From assembly GCA_009602725.1 (NCBI GenBank), contig WELB01000003.1, positions 1,004,332 through 1,068,331 on the forward strand: a stretch of DNA of 64,000 nucleotides, in the 5' to 3' direction. Positions within the stretch are counted from its first letter, which is position 1; the number at the start of each line of letters is the position of its first letter. The notes under the pieces were generated by a model, which was not told where the DNA came from, searched no databases, and saw only the letters and a list, made by a program, of their open reading frames with translations. Position numbers and translations under genes: made by a program. Source of the stretch: Spirogloea muscicola (taxonomy: Eukaryota). This document shows, in pieces, positions 49,201 through 60,232 of this stretch.

Positions 49201-51900
49201 TGTGATAGATTCGAGATGAGCGTCGTCCCTCACAGTTTCTTCAGCGCAGTCAGGTCACCGAACTTTGTAGGAATAGGGCCTGTCAGATTGTTTTGGTACA
49301 AGTACCTGGGGACGGGGCATATCCTTGGTTATCAGTATGCCCCAATTTTGAGACCCTCTGCAAATCAGTATATAGAGTATTGGTCTTATTCGGCATGTAG
49401 GGCATCCTGCTTAGACTTATTTAATGACCATGAAGGCACTTCTGCGGCATGTGAAGGCAACTCATAGAAATGGCGGCATTGGACAAGCCCCTTGCTTTAT
49501 AGGATGGGTGCACAATCATACAGACAATCAGCATACATGATTCCAAGTTTTTTGAGGCTGCCCAGGTTGGTGGGGATGCTACCAGTCAGCATGTTCACAG
49601 AAAGGTCCCTGCATGCACGCACTAATAGCACTTCAGCTCGAGTACTGCAAAACGACATGGGTCAGGATTCAGAAAGAGGTTCACATCACAATGTCCAATT
49701 CATAACATGCACACTGAGCACAGCGGATTTTAACACTGTTCCCGTGCCATGTTGTCTCAAAGAGACTGTAAGCCTTTCCACGTTAAGCAAATTCAAAGGT
49801 TGTGGAGGGTAAGCAAACGTACAAGACTGTAAGATTGACAATCCTGCCTATGCCATAGGTGATGCTGCCGGTGAGCTTGTTTCGTGCAACCTGTCTGTGC
49901 AGATGTAATCAATACCGCAATGTCATTACTTACAGAAGGCTGGTAAGCTGGAAACCAACTTAATGTGCAATATTGATGTCAGCACTAGACTATGTACTCT
50001 CTAACATCCTATACCTACTACAAAACATAAGGATAAATGTAGATGCACTGACAGCTTGGAGAGATGTGTCAATTTCTCCAGTCCAGAAGGAATGAGTCCT
50101 GTGAAGCGGTTGTTGTCCACAATGCTGCTTAGAAGAGGAACAAATATAAGTTCAGTCAATGAGTCCTTCAGTAGACAATGAGGATGACCGAAAGCTTGTC
50201 TGAGAATCAAAAGGGAACTCCTCCATGATGGGCGCTGATATGCTCTTGGACTGGTAAACAGATGCACATCACGCTTTGATTTGCAGCTATCATACTATGA
50301 CCAACTTAGCATTACACAGACGCCCTCATCTGACTGCATCCTAACAATATGTGATGATAATGTAGGGTGTCGCGGTATAGTCACGGGCGGAGATTACAAG
50401 GTGACAAGAGATGAGAGGTTGTTGATGGCCGTCGGTATGCTCCCATTCATCTGGTTGTTGGCAAGATGACTACATGCACCAGTTGCAGCCACATAAACAA
50501 TCACCACATGTCTCAGCACTCTTGATTGTATCAGAAGTGGGGTTAAGTGTGAAGCATGCAGACTTTCTCTTTGCTGACGTATGATGTGCTTCTGAGATTG
50601 ACATCTTCCTGGAGCACTCACATGAGTTCCAGCTTGGCTAAGCGACCAATCGTCAGAGGTATAAACCCTGTGAGCATGTTGTTATCAACATTCGTGCATG
50701 GACGTCGTCAAATGCTTGAATGAATACCAAAGAAGACTTGGGCTGATTGTGCCAACATAATGGATAGCTTCCAAGAGAAGCCTGAAGGGTGCTTCAGTCA
50801 AGGCATTTGACGTACTTGTGCAGTGAGAAGGAATGGAAGGCTAGATGTTGCACAGTGGAAGAGCAAAGTATCAATTGTGTAGTTGTGACACCTACAGCAG
50901 GACAAGGTTGAGGAGATTCCCGATAGTGGTCGGAAGAGGTCCCTTCAGCAGGTTGTCCTGCAGGTGTCTGTATCATCATACAGCGAAGGCAGCGTAAGCC
51001 TGCCATCTGCACGGCTTCAGACTTGCCAGGAATACAATCTGTCACTGCTAAAAGCTTTCGAACTAGCACTGACCGCTGCTGAAGCCCTTCAGGTGGGAGG
51101 ACATGACTAGTGAGAAGAGACACAGTGACATCAATTCAGTCAAGTCGACCTATTTCGAATGTAGGTAAGTGTTGACAACTGGCCCGAGATAATATTACAT
51201 TCACACATTCCTGGCCCAGGTAGTCCTCGGAGCATACAGTGTGACAAGATTGCTCAGGTTGCCAATACTGGGAGCAATGGTCCCGTTCAACTTCAGGCCT
51301 GCCAACTCCCTGCAGACAGGCGACAAGCACAATTGATCCCACAGGGTCACACGCACATAAACGTCAATCAGCCCTGCCATCAGGCTAGATATGGTCGAAG
51401 CACCAGAGGAGCCGCAAGGGCGGCCCACATGTCACCAAGGTCGACAAAGCTGGCTTTGCCGCTTACAAGACCGATACCCTGTTTGTGGAATCGCAGGAGA
51501 CTCCGAGCCAGCCAGAGCATGGGTTGGACCCCGTCCACGAAGAAAGAAGTGGAGGGCTCAGAAAGTTTGCTTTGAGGTCCAGAAGTACGCCAGCTGCATA
51601 TGTTTGACAGAAAGCAACCCTATCAGAGGAGCAACCCAGTGGTACAAGCCCTTGGTCTTCGAAAAAGCAAGCCTGGTGTGGCGTCCTGTACGAGCGGGCC
51701 AACTCACAGTCTGGATTGACTGGCAGAAGCAGTCGCCGTCTTGATTCCTGGCCTTGCACTGCTGGTCCCTGGTGTCACAAAAAGCGAGCCAGCACTCAGC
51801 CAGTGGTGGCATGACAGGTGAGACCAGCCTTGTGAGGTAGTAATTGCTTCCAGCAGAGAGAACGCAACCAGAACAGAGATACATTTGAGGTTTTACAATG
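46299..51900 (-). CDS. Secreted plant-type LRR protein with a C-terminal array of Cys-rich modules; no TM or kinase seen; first exon(s) unresolved
   Basis: ESRRRLLLP pro-segment; LRRNT_2 LLDLKANF...LSSWTGSNPCSGWLGVSCD; eight 72-nt single-LRR exons (e.g. ELAGLKLNGTIAPSIGNLSNLVTL) plus a two-LRR exon with cap DCFG..QRSAQECGSFY; about nine Cys-rich exons ending ...CSCSHYHCVVF* (stop at 46299). Confidence 0.8.
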
Positions 51901-52350
51901 AGAGCCACCAGCGCAGAGGTGGATGTACTACAGACAGTGAGGCTCAAGCAGGTAGGAATGGTAAATCACAGTAAAGTAAAGGTTCGATATTTACAAGAAG
52001 GGTGCAAGCGCAGAGACTGAGATTGACGTGTTAGTTAAAAGAATGACATTTTGCTTGGACATGATTGGTGCAAACCAGTGACTCAGGACGCCAACCACTT
52101 GCTGTGACGCCTTCAGCATCTGCAAATAACCGGAACAACAAAGTCACATTGATTCCTGAAGTACAATGCTCGCTGCAGGAAGACGTGTGCGTGCAGGAAA
52201 GAGCACGAAGAAGTGCGAGTCAAGGAGTGCGAGCAAGCGCCTATGTGGACTTGTGTATCTCTCTCTCTCTGTCTCTCTGTTTTTCCCCTCTTTGCTTGCA
52301 AATCCACATAGGCGCTTGCTCGCACTCCTTGAGAGAGATATACACAGATG

Positions 52351-52354
52351 GAGA

Positions 52355-52442
<88 letters not shown>
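52351..52442. repeat. (GA)n microsatellite ending at an assembly join
   Basis: About 45 GA units followed by N at 52443. Confidence 0.95.
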
Positions 52443-52510
52443 NAGCCCAGCTCAGCGCGCCAGCGCAGGCAGCGGCAGGCCACCAGGGCCGTGGCGAGAG
52501 AGGCGCTAAC

Positions 52511-52919
52511 CGTGGCGGCGCAGCGGGCGTGGAGGCTGCGGTAGGCGGCGAAGGCGGCGGCCAGGGCCCGGCTGGGCGGCCCGCGCTCGGGCGTGCGGTA
52601 GCAGTGCTGCTCCCGGCGGCTCCAGCACGCCGCGTACTCGCTGTCGGCCCCCGGCGAAGCCTCCCGCGGGCGGCGCGCCCACGCCTGCCACTCGGGCGAC
52701 TCCACGCCGCCGCTGGCCTCGCAGTCTGCGCCAACACGGCGGCGGGGCCGTCAGCTGCGGAGCTCCAGGGCCAAGGCGGTGCGGCGACGGCCGAGGATTA
52801 CCGGCTAGATGGGGCTCGAGGTCGGCGTCGGCATCTGCATCGGGAGCTGCGTAGGGCTCCGGATCGGCGGCGGCGGCGGCGGCGGCGAGGAGCGCAGCGA
52901 AGAGCAGCGGCGCCGCCAT
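52511..52919 (-). CDS. 5' fragment (2 exons) of a GT37-like (xyloglucan/galactoside 2-alpha-L-)fucosyltransferase, cut at the join at 52443
   Basis: Hydrophobic N-terminus MAAPLLFAALLAAAAAAA; exon 2 ACWSRREQHCYRTPERGPPSRALAAAFAAYRSLHARC resembles the plant FUT motif CLSRYQ..YRK.S..PS.YL..LR.YE.LH.RC; GT donor at 52510. Confidence 0.55.
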
Positions 52920-53407
52920 GGCGGAGCGGCGGGCGGCGGCGACGGCGGTGGGCGGGGGAACTGGACGTCGTTGGAATTGGCCTCCCATTCAATATCATGC
53001 GCACAGCGCGCCTTCTCTCGTTGTTGAGAGATGGAGGGCTCGGTTTAATCTACGCTTGTAGGCCCCTCCAAACCTTTTGTAGATTCTTTCTGGGCTGGCT
53101 TTTCGCAGCCCTTGCCCCCGTTGGGAGTGCCACTTCTTTCCTTTCTTCAAAAACCAATCAACTAAAGACATGAATTTCCTTGTTGTATTGTCAAATATGT
53201 ATAAAAATTTGGGGGGGGGGTAGTCGAGGCGGGCGGGAAATCCAGATTGTTCTGCGAGCGGGGGACGCAGGCGCTCTGCGGAGCCCCTTGCAGCCGCAGG
53301 ATGATCCACATCCGGCGGTGCTGAGTCCGCGGCAGCACGCCCAGCCGGCCTGCCGGCCCTCGCTGCCCGGCGGGAGACACGGGCCGGCCGGCAGGCTCGC
53401 CGCCGAG

Positions 53408-56400
53408 TGGCAGCCCGTGATGGGACCCACTACTCGTCTGCGTGCATCCGGCGTGCCTATTTAAAGCAGCGCCAGGTGGCAATTTGGCCAAAGCGGATGC
53501 CGCCCATCCCAGGGCGTACCGCCAAAGATACCAACATCCGTCCAGGTTCCGCGATGGAATCTCAATCGGCCCTGCGGAATCCGGCACGCCGTGAAGGCAG
53601 CGCCTGGTGAGGATAAGGGCGGGCCAGGTGATGCCGAACCCAGGTCACACCGCTTAAGATCCCCACTTATCGTTCAGATGGGAATCTCAATCGTCTGCAG
53701 CATCCGGCATATCGTAAAGGCAGCGCCTGGCGACACTGAAGCAAGCCCGGGTGAAGCCGACCCCAGGCAGTCTCGTCAAAGATCCTCAGATGCGTCAAGG
53801 TTCTCGATATAGAATCTCACTCGTCTGCGGCATCCGGCGTGCCGTAAAGGCAGCTCCTGGCGATAACGAAGCCGGGCCGATTGAAGCCGACCCCAGGTAG
53901 CTTCGCCAGAGATCCCCACATTCGTCCTGGATTTCCTTATGGAATCTCAATCGTCTGCGGCATCTGTGCGTCTGGGGTCCGCATTTTCGGTTCCGGTCTC
54001 GTACTCTGCAGGCACTGCCCTAAGCACAGCCGGATGCCACAGACGATTGAGATTCCATCAGGAAACCTGGACGAATGAGGGGATCTCTGGGGAGGCGACC
54101 TAGTGTCGGCTTCACCCGGCCCGGCCTTATTGTCGCCAGGGCGCTGCCTTTACGGCACGTCGGATGCCGCAGACGATTGAGGTTCTCATCAGGAATGGTT
54201 GACGATATGCGATTGGATTCGGGGTCGGCAACACATGGTCCGGCATCACCATCATCAGGCGCTGCCTTTACGGCACGCCGGATGCCGCAGGCGATTGAGG
54301 TTCCATCACGGAACCTGGACGCATGTTGGTATCTTTGGCGGTGCGACCTGGGGAGGCCGACGTCCGGTCCAGCCTGGTTGCCACCTGGCGCTGCTTCGAC
54401 GTCACGCCGGATGCATGCAGACGAGTAGAGGATTCTATCACGGGCTGCCACGCGGCGGCGACGATGCCGGCAGCGCCTGGTGAAGCTAAGGTCGGGGGGT
54501 TGGCTTCACCCCGGTCTGGCCCCAGTGTCGCCAGGCTCTCGCTGCCTTTTCAGCAACCCCGGATGCCGCAGACGATTTAAGATTTCCAACACCGAACCTA
54601 GACGCACGTCGGGATCTATGAATGGCGCAGCCTGGGGTCGGCCACACCCGGTCGGGCACCAGAGTCGCTAGGCGTTGCCTTCACGGCACCGCGGATGCCG
54701 CAGACGATTGAAGCTTATATCACGTTACCTTGGCGCACGTTAAAATTTCTGCCGGTCTTAGTGTTGCCAGGCGCTGCCTTCACGGAACCCCGGATGCCGC
54801 AGACGATTGAAGATTTACATCACGATTGAAGATTTACATCACGAGACCCTTATGCATGTGGGGATCTTTGACTACGCGCAAGCAGGAAAGATGCCATCAC
54901 CAAAAAACAGATGCACGTGGGCATCCATGAGCGCACATTGACGGTTGCGGGCGGGGATCGGTTACACCCGGTCTGGCCCCAGTGTCACCAGGCGTGCCTT
55001 TACGGCAACCCGGATGCCGCAGACGATTAGATTCCAGCACGATACCTCAATGCAAGTTGGAAACATTGACGGCGCGGCCTGGGGGCGGCCTCACCCGGTC
55101 ATCGGATGCCGCAGACGATAGAAGATTCCAACACCGAATGTGAACGCACTTCGGAATGTATGAACGGCGCACCAGGGGTCGGCCTCACCCGGTCGGGCCC
55201 CAGGATCGCCAGGCGCTGCCTTCACGGATGCCGCAGAAGATTGATGCTAATATTACGATACCTTGACGCACGTTAAAACTTCTGCCGGCGCAAGCTGGGG
55301 TCGGCCCCACCCGGTCCGGTCTCAGTGTCGCCAGGCGCTCGCTGCCTTCACGAAACCCCGAATGCCGCAGACGATTCAAGATAATAGCAAGATACTCTGA
55401 TGCACGTGGGAATGTTTGACGGCGTCGCCAGGCGCTGCCTTCACAACAAGCCGGATTCCGCAGACGATAAAAGATTCCATCACGAAAGCTAGACGCCAGT
55501 TGGGCTCGATTACGGCTCGACCTGGGGTCGGCTTGATCGGGTCTGGCCTCAGTGTCGCCAGGCGCTGCCTTTACGGCACGCCAGATACCGCACCGCAGAA
55601 AATTGAGACTCCGCACCTTGACGCAGGTGGGCATCTGTGATGGTCAAACCGGGGGTCGGTTTCACCCGGTTCAGTCCTGGTGTTGTCAGTCCGGATGCCG
55701 CAGACGATCAAAGAGTCTATCACGATACATTGACGCAAGCTGGGATCTCTGACCGCGCGGACTGGGGTCGGCCTCATCCAGTTTGGCCCCAAATGCGCCA
55801 GCCGACACTGGGGCCGAATCGGGTGAAGCCGACCCCTGGCCGAGCCGTCATAGATCCCCAGTTGCGTCCAGGTTTTAAGATTGAATCTTGAATCGCTGCA
55901 AAATCCGGCGTGCCGTAAAGGCAGCGGCAGTCCACGCTGGGGCCGGATTGGGTGAAGCCGACCCCTGGCCGAGCCGTCATTGATCCCCACTTGCGTCCAG
56001 GTTCAAGATTGAATCTTGAGTCGTCTGCAACATCCGGCGTGCCGTAAAGGCAGCGCCAGGCCACGCTGGGGCCGGATTGGGTGAAGCCGACTCGAGTCCG
56101 CGCCGTTAAAGATCCCAACGTGCGTTAACATATCGTAATGGACTCTACAATCGCTTGCGGCTTCTGGCGTGCCGTGAAGGCAGCGGTTGGCAACACCGGG
56201 ACCGAACCGGGTGAAGCCGTGCCCCGGTTGCACCGTCATAGATTCCCACGTGCGTCAAGGTTTCTTTGATGGAATCTCAATCGTCTGCGGTATCTGGCGT
56301 GAAGGCAGCGCCTGGCGACATTGACGCCGGACCGGACCAAGCCAACCCCAGGTCGGGCCGTGATGATCCCAACTGGCGTCTAGCTTTCGTGATGAAAAAA

Positions 56401-57800
56401 TTCTGCCGTCTGCGGAATCCGGCTTGGTGTGAAGGCAGCGCCTGGCGACGCTAGGGGCAGGACCGGGTGGGGCCGATCCAAGGCCGCGCCGTCAAAGATC
56501 CCCACGTGCATCAGGGTATCGTGAAGTATTCTTGAATCGTCTGCGGCATGCGGGGGTTTTGTTAGGCAGCGCCTGACGACACTGGGACCGGACCGGGTGG
56601 GGCCGACCCCAGGGTGCGCCGGCAGAATCGTCAACGTGCGTCAAGGTATCGTGATATATATAAGCTTCAATCGTCTGCGGCATCCGGGGTTGCCGTTGAA
56701 GGCAGCGACTGGCGACTCTAGGGCCCGACCGGGTGAGACACGCCTCTAGAAATCCCCATGTGCGTCAAGGTATCGTGATGGAATCTTCAATCGTCTGCGG
56801 CGTCCGGCTTGCCCGAAAGGCTGCGCCTTGCGAAGCTGGAACCGGACCTGGTGATGCCGACCCCAGGCCAAGCCGTCACAGATCCCCATGTGCGTCCCGG
56901 TTCCGTGACGGAATAGTGAATCGTTTGCGGCATCCGGCGTGCCGTAAAGGCAGTGCCTGGTGACCTTGAGGCCAAACTGGATGAAGCCTACCCCAGTTCA
57001 CAGATCCCCACGGGCCCAAAAAACCGTGATGGAATTTTAAATCGTCTGCGGCATCCGGGGTGTCTAAAAGGCAGTCCCTGGCGACACCTAGGCCGGCCCG
57101 GGTTGAGCCGACACCAGGCGATACAGTCCATGATCCCCACGTGCGTTGGTTCGCTTGTGGGAATCGTCTGCGGCATCCGGGGTGCCGTAAAGGCAGCGCC
57201 TGGCGACACTGGGGCCGGACGGGGTGAAGCCGACCCCCGGCTGCACCGTCATAGATTCCCTTGTGCGTTCATAGACCCCCACTTGCATCGGGGTTCGGTG
57301 ATGAACTTTTAATCGTCTGCAGCATCTGGCGTGCTGTGAAGGCAGCGCCTGGAGACAATGAGGCCGGCCCGGGTGGAGCCGACCCCAAGTCGCTACGCTA
57401 AGGATCCCCATTCGCGTCAAGGTTTCGATAAAAAATCTTGAGCGTCTGCGATATGCCATAAAGGTAGCGCCTGGCTACGATGGGGCCGGACCGGTTGAAG
57501 CTGACCCCAGATCTTGGCGACAAAGATCCCCACATGCGTCGGGATATCTTCTGCGGAATCTTCAATCGTCTGCGGCATCCGGCGCACCAGGCAGCCCCTG
57601 GCGACACTGAAGCCGGACCGGGTAAAGCCGACACCGGGTTGCACCGTCATAGATACCCACGGGCGTCCAGGATCGGTGATGGAATCTTCAGTCGTCTGTG
57701 GCATCCGGCTTGCCATCAAGGCAGCACCTGGTGACGATGGGGTCGGACCGGGTGACGCCGACCCCGGTTCGCACCGCCTCGTTCCCCACGTACGTCCAGG
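53408..57800. repeat. Array of ~33-35 diverged ~129-bp GC-rich units in inverted blocks (forward 53408-53965, reverse 54030-55790, forward 55800-57800)
   Basis: The core aatcgtctgcggcatccgg...gtgccgtaaaggcagcgcctggcgac...gggtgaagccgacccc...agatcccc recurs mostly every ~118-133 bp (e.g. 53691, 53821, 53951; 56021, 56151, 56281) and as the reverse complement (54161, 54560, 54692, 55011). Confidence 0.92.
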
Positions 57801-60232
57801 GGCATCCGCCGTCGACCGCCTCGGCGCCGCTCTAGCGTCACAAAAAATAAAAAAATTTGGCACAGTATTAATTTCGTTACGCTATAAATAGCCACTCTAA
57901 GATATGGCTTCCTAATGTTGGTCCACTGTGGCACCACTCTTCCGCTGCCGCCCGAGGAGCCGAAAAATCCCGGGTAGCACCCGTGGGCTCGCGCCAACCG
58001 TCGATTAGCCTTGCTGTCCGATCGGACGGCGGATGCGCGTCCCAGCCCGAGCTGCCCGCCGGGCACGGCCGGCAGACGAGCGCCCGCCGCGCCCCCCTGC
58101 GGTGCTCTTTCGGAAACTGATCTGCGTTTGTTGCCCAGTGTTATTGCTTCCATTCGCAGGAGTCACGAACTTATACTTCGTCTTCTGCGCCTCCTGGCCT
58201 CGTCGAAGCCTATCCATGCCCTTCAAGCTGGCCTTCTATATAACCAACGCTCGACTCTGCTAAGCTAAAATTTTCTCTTCTGCCCATCTTAAGCCTACGG
58301 CTTCATTTACGTTCAGCCCCAGTATTTGAAGTAGCTTCTTCTGTGGGCTGGCTTCGCGCAGGCCTCGGCCCCTCTGGGGGTGCACCTTCTTCTTTGCATG
58401 AACAATGCACTCCTGCTGGCCTGACAATGCACTGCCCTTCGCAGGAGCGTCAATGAGGGTCAAGCGACGTGCACTCGTACCTCCAGAGAATGTAAGTGCC
58501 TCAGAACTCCACGATCACGACCACGACCACGACAACAGCAGCCAAGTCTTGACCATGTGCGCCGGATGCCGCCAGTATTGGTAGATTAGCAGCAACGTGA
58601 CTTTTGGAGTGTGAGTGCCCAGCCGGCACCAGCTCCACTAATAACCACATCTCCATGACATTGACAACCTTACGAAGCACCTGCAAAGCGTGGTATGCAT
58701 AATCATGCTGATGGGGGTCAAATACGTCCTCTCGCTTTTGCCACTGCACAAGCAGAGCTACTCCGTGAAGCAAGCCGTCTAGTTGTAGACTTGGTGTTCT
58801 GCTCTCTGCCAACTTGTGTCTCTTGGGTTGTCTACAACAAAGACAGTTGCGCTCTCGACCAATACCTTCCTCTTCCATGGCAAAGTGCACTTGTGGGCTT
58901 GATTATATGGATGTACTTCAATGAAGATGTGCGCAACTCAGCAGCTAGTGCTTGACCACAAGGAGAAGCTGTGCAATATGGTACCTACTCAAAGCATAAC
59001 CCAACAGATCAAATGTGCTCTTTCATTGTGGTATGGCAATGCTCAGCAGGAGTTCTTGCTCTTGAAGTCCTAGCAAAGCCAGTGCCATTTGCCAAGACTC
59101 TGTGATACAAAGGACCACAAGACCGGAATGTGCCCATTGTGCGCAGGCAGAGAGGAGGCAGAGGGCCAGATAGGGCGAGGCTTGAGTTTCTTTCAACTGC
59201 AGTGTCCCATTGTACATGTGTCCACCTCGTCAGACTCGATAACAGCATGTTCACAAGTTGGACGTCTCTGGTCCTGCAACAAGTAGCAGGCTAACAGCTG
59301 CAGCTGTTGCCCCTCTCTAGAGCAGGTGACGGGTTGTTAAGTATGTCACTGCAAGGGTAATCATAGCAGGTTTGCTTGCTCATCATGTGCATAGACTTCC
59401 TGGATCGAGGGCATGAATAATCTTACACGTGCAGAATGCTAAACTGCAGGAGATCATGCAAGGCAAAGAACCAAGACTGCTGTTAGACGTATGAAATCAC
59501 TGTGTGCCTCACCTGGTCCTATTTGCAGACTGAACACATTAGCAAGTCATCACGTGTGATTTGTTCTGAATTGTCGTAGAGCTGCGGCATATGGCCAAAA
59601 AAAGGGGCACGCACAAGCAGCACCAGCTCAAACAGCAAGCTGGCACTGCCAAGATAGTACTTCAGACTTAGAAGCAGGCAGAAGTTAGCACACTGGGAAG
59701 TGCACGTACATCACATCAAGACAATGTAATTTTCCCATTATAATCCCTTGGCCAACAAATTTATGTAGCAGAAAAAGTGGGAGCAACTTGCTGTCATTAG
59801 ATTGACACCTGCAAAACCAACTTTGTGAAGGAATGGGTAATCAGCACCCACTCATCTGCCTGTATGCCAACACTATGCTCCTTTGCAGCACATATACAGC
59901 CACTATCTTACGCTGGCACACCAAACATAAGTCCTTATTAAGGTTTGACTGTGACTTCTAGAACACCAGACAAACAAGCTGCCAACACTACTGAGGGCAA
60001 CTTTGAAGATTAAGCAGAAGTCAACGCTGCCCCTCTTTTACCCATTATGTATATCAATGGTGTGTACATGAGGTTGTGGCCCTGCAGCTGTTCGTTTCTG
60101 CTCAGGGACCAGACTGAGGAACGCATTTTTTGAAGGCAAAGAATGTTTGGGTATTGTAAGTGGGCCAGGGAAGGAAAAGAAAGGTAGTGAGCAACCCAGG
60201 GGTATGTGATGATGGAAGAACATGTAAAGTCG

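Noticed and set aside
53408..57800. CRISPR array, 5S/tRNA gene cluster or hammerhead satellite as the identity of the array
   Set aside because: No identical short repeats with unique spacers and no cas genes; no match by eye to 5S or tRNA conserved boxes; no CUGAUGA/GAAA hammerhead core.
53591..57891. ORFs with repeated KAAPGD / RRMPQTIE peptides as a repeat-protein gene
   Set aside because: Unit lengths vary by non-multiples of three, stops are frequent, and similar ORFs appear on both strands as by-products of the DNA repeat.
58150..59300. Possible small gene right of the array
   Set aside because: Only short ORFs with stops in candidate exons and no recognisable domain.
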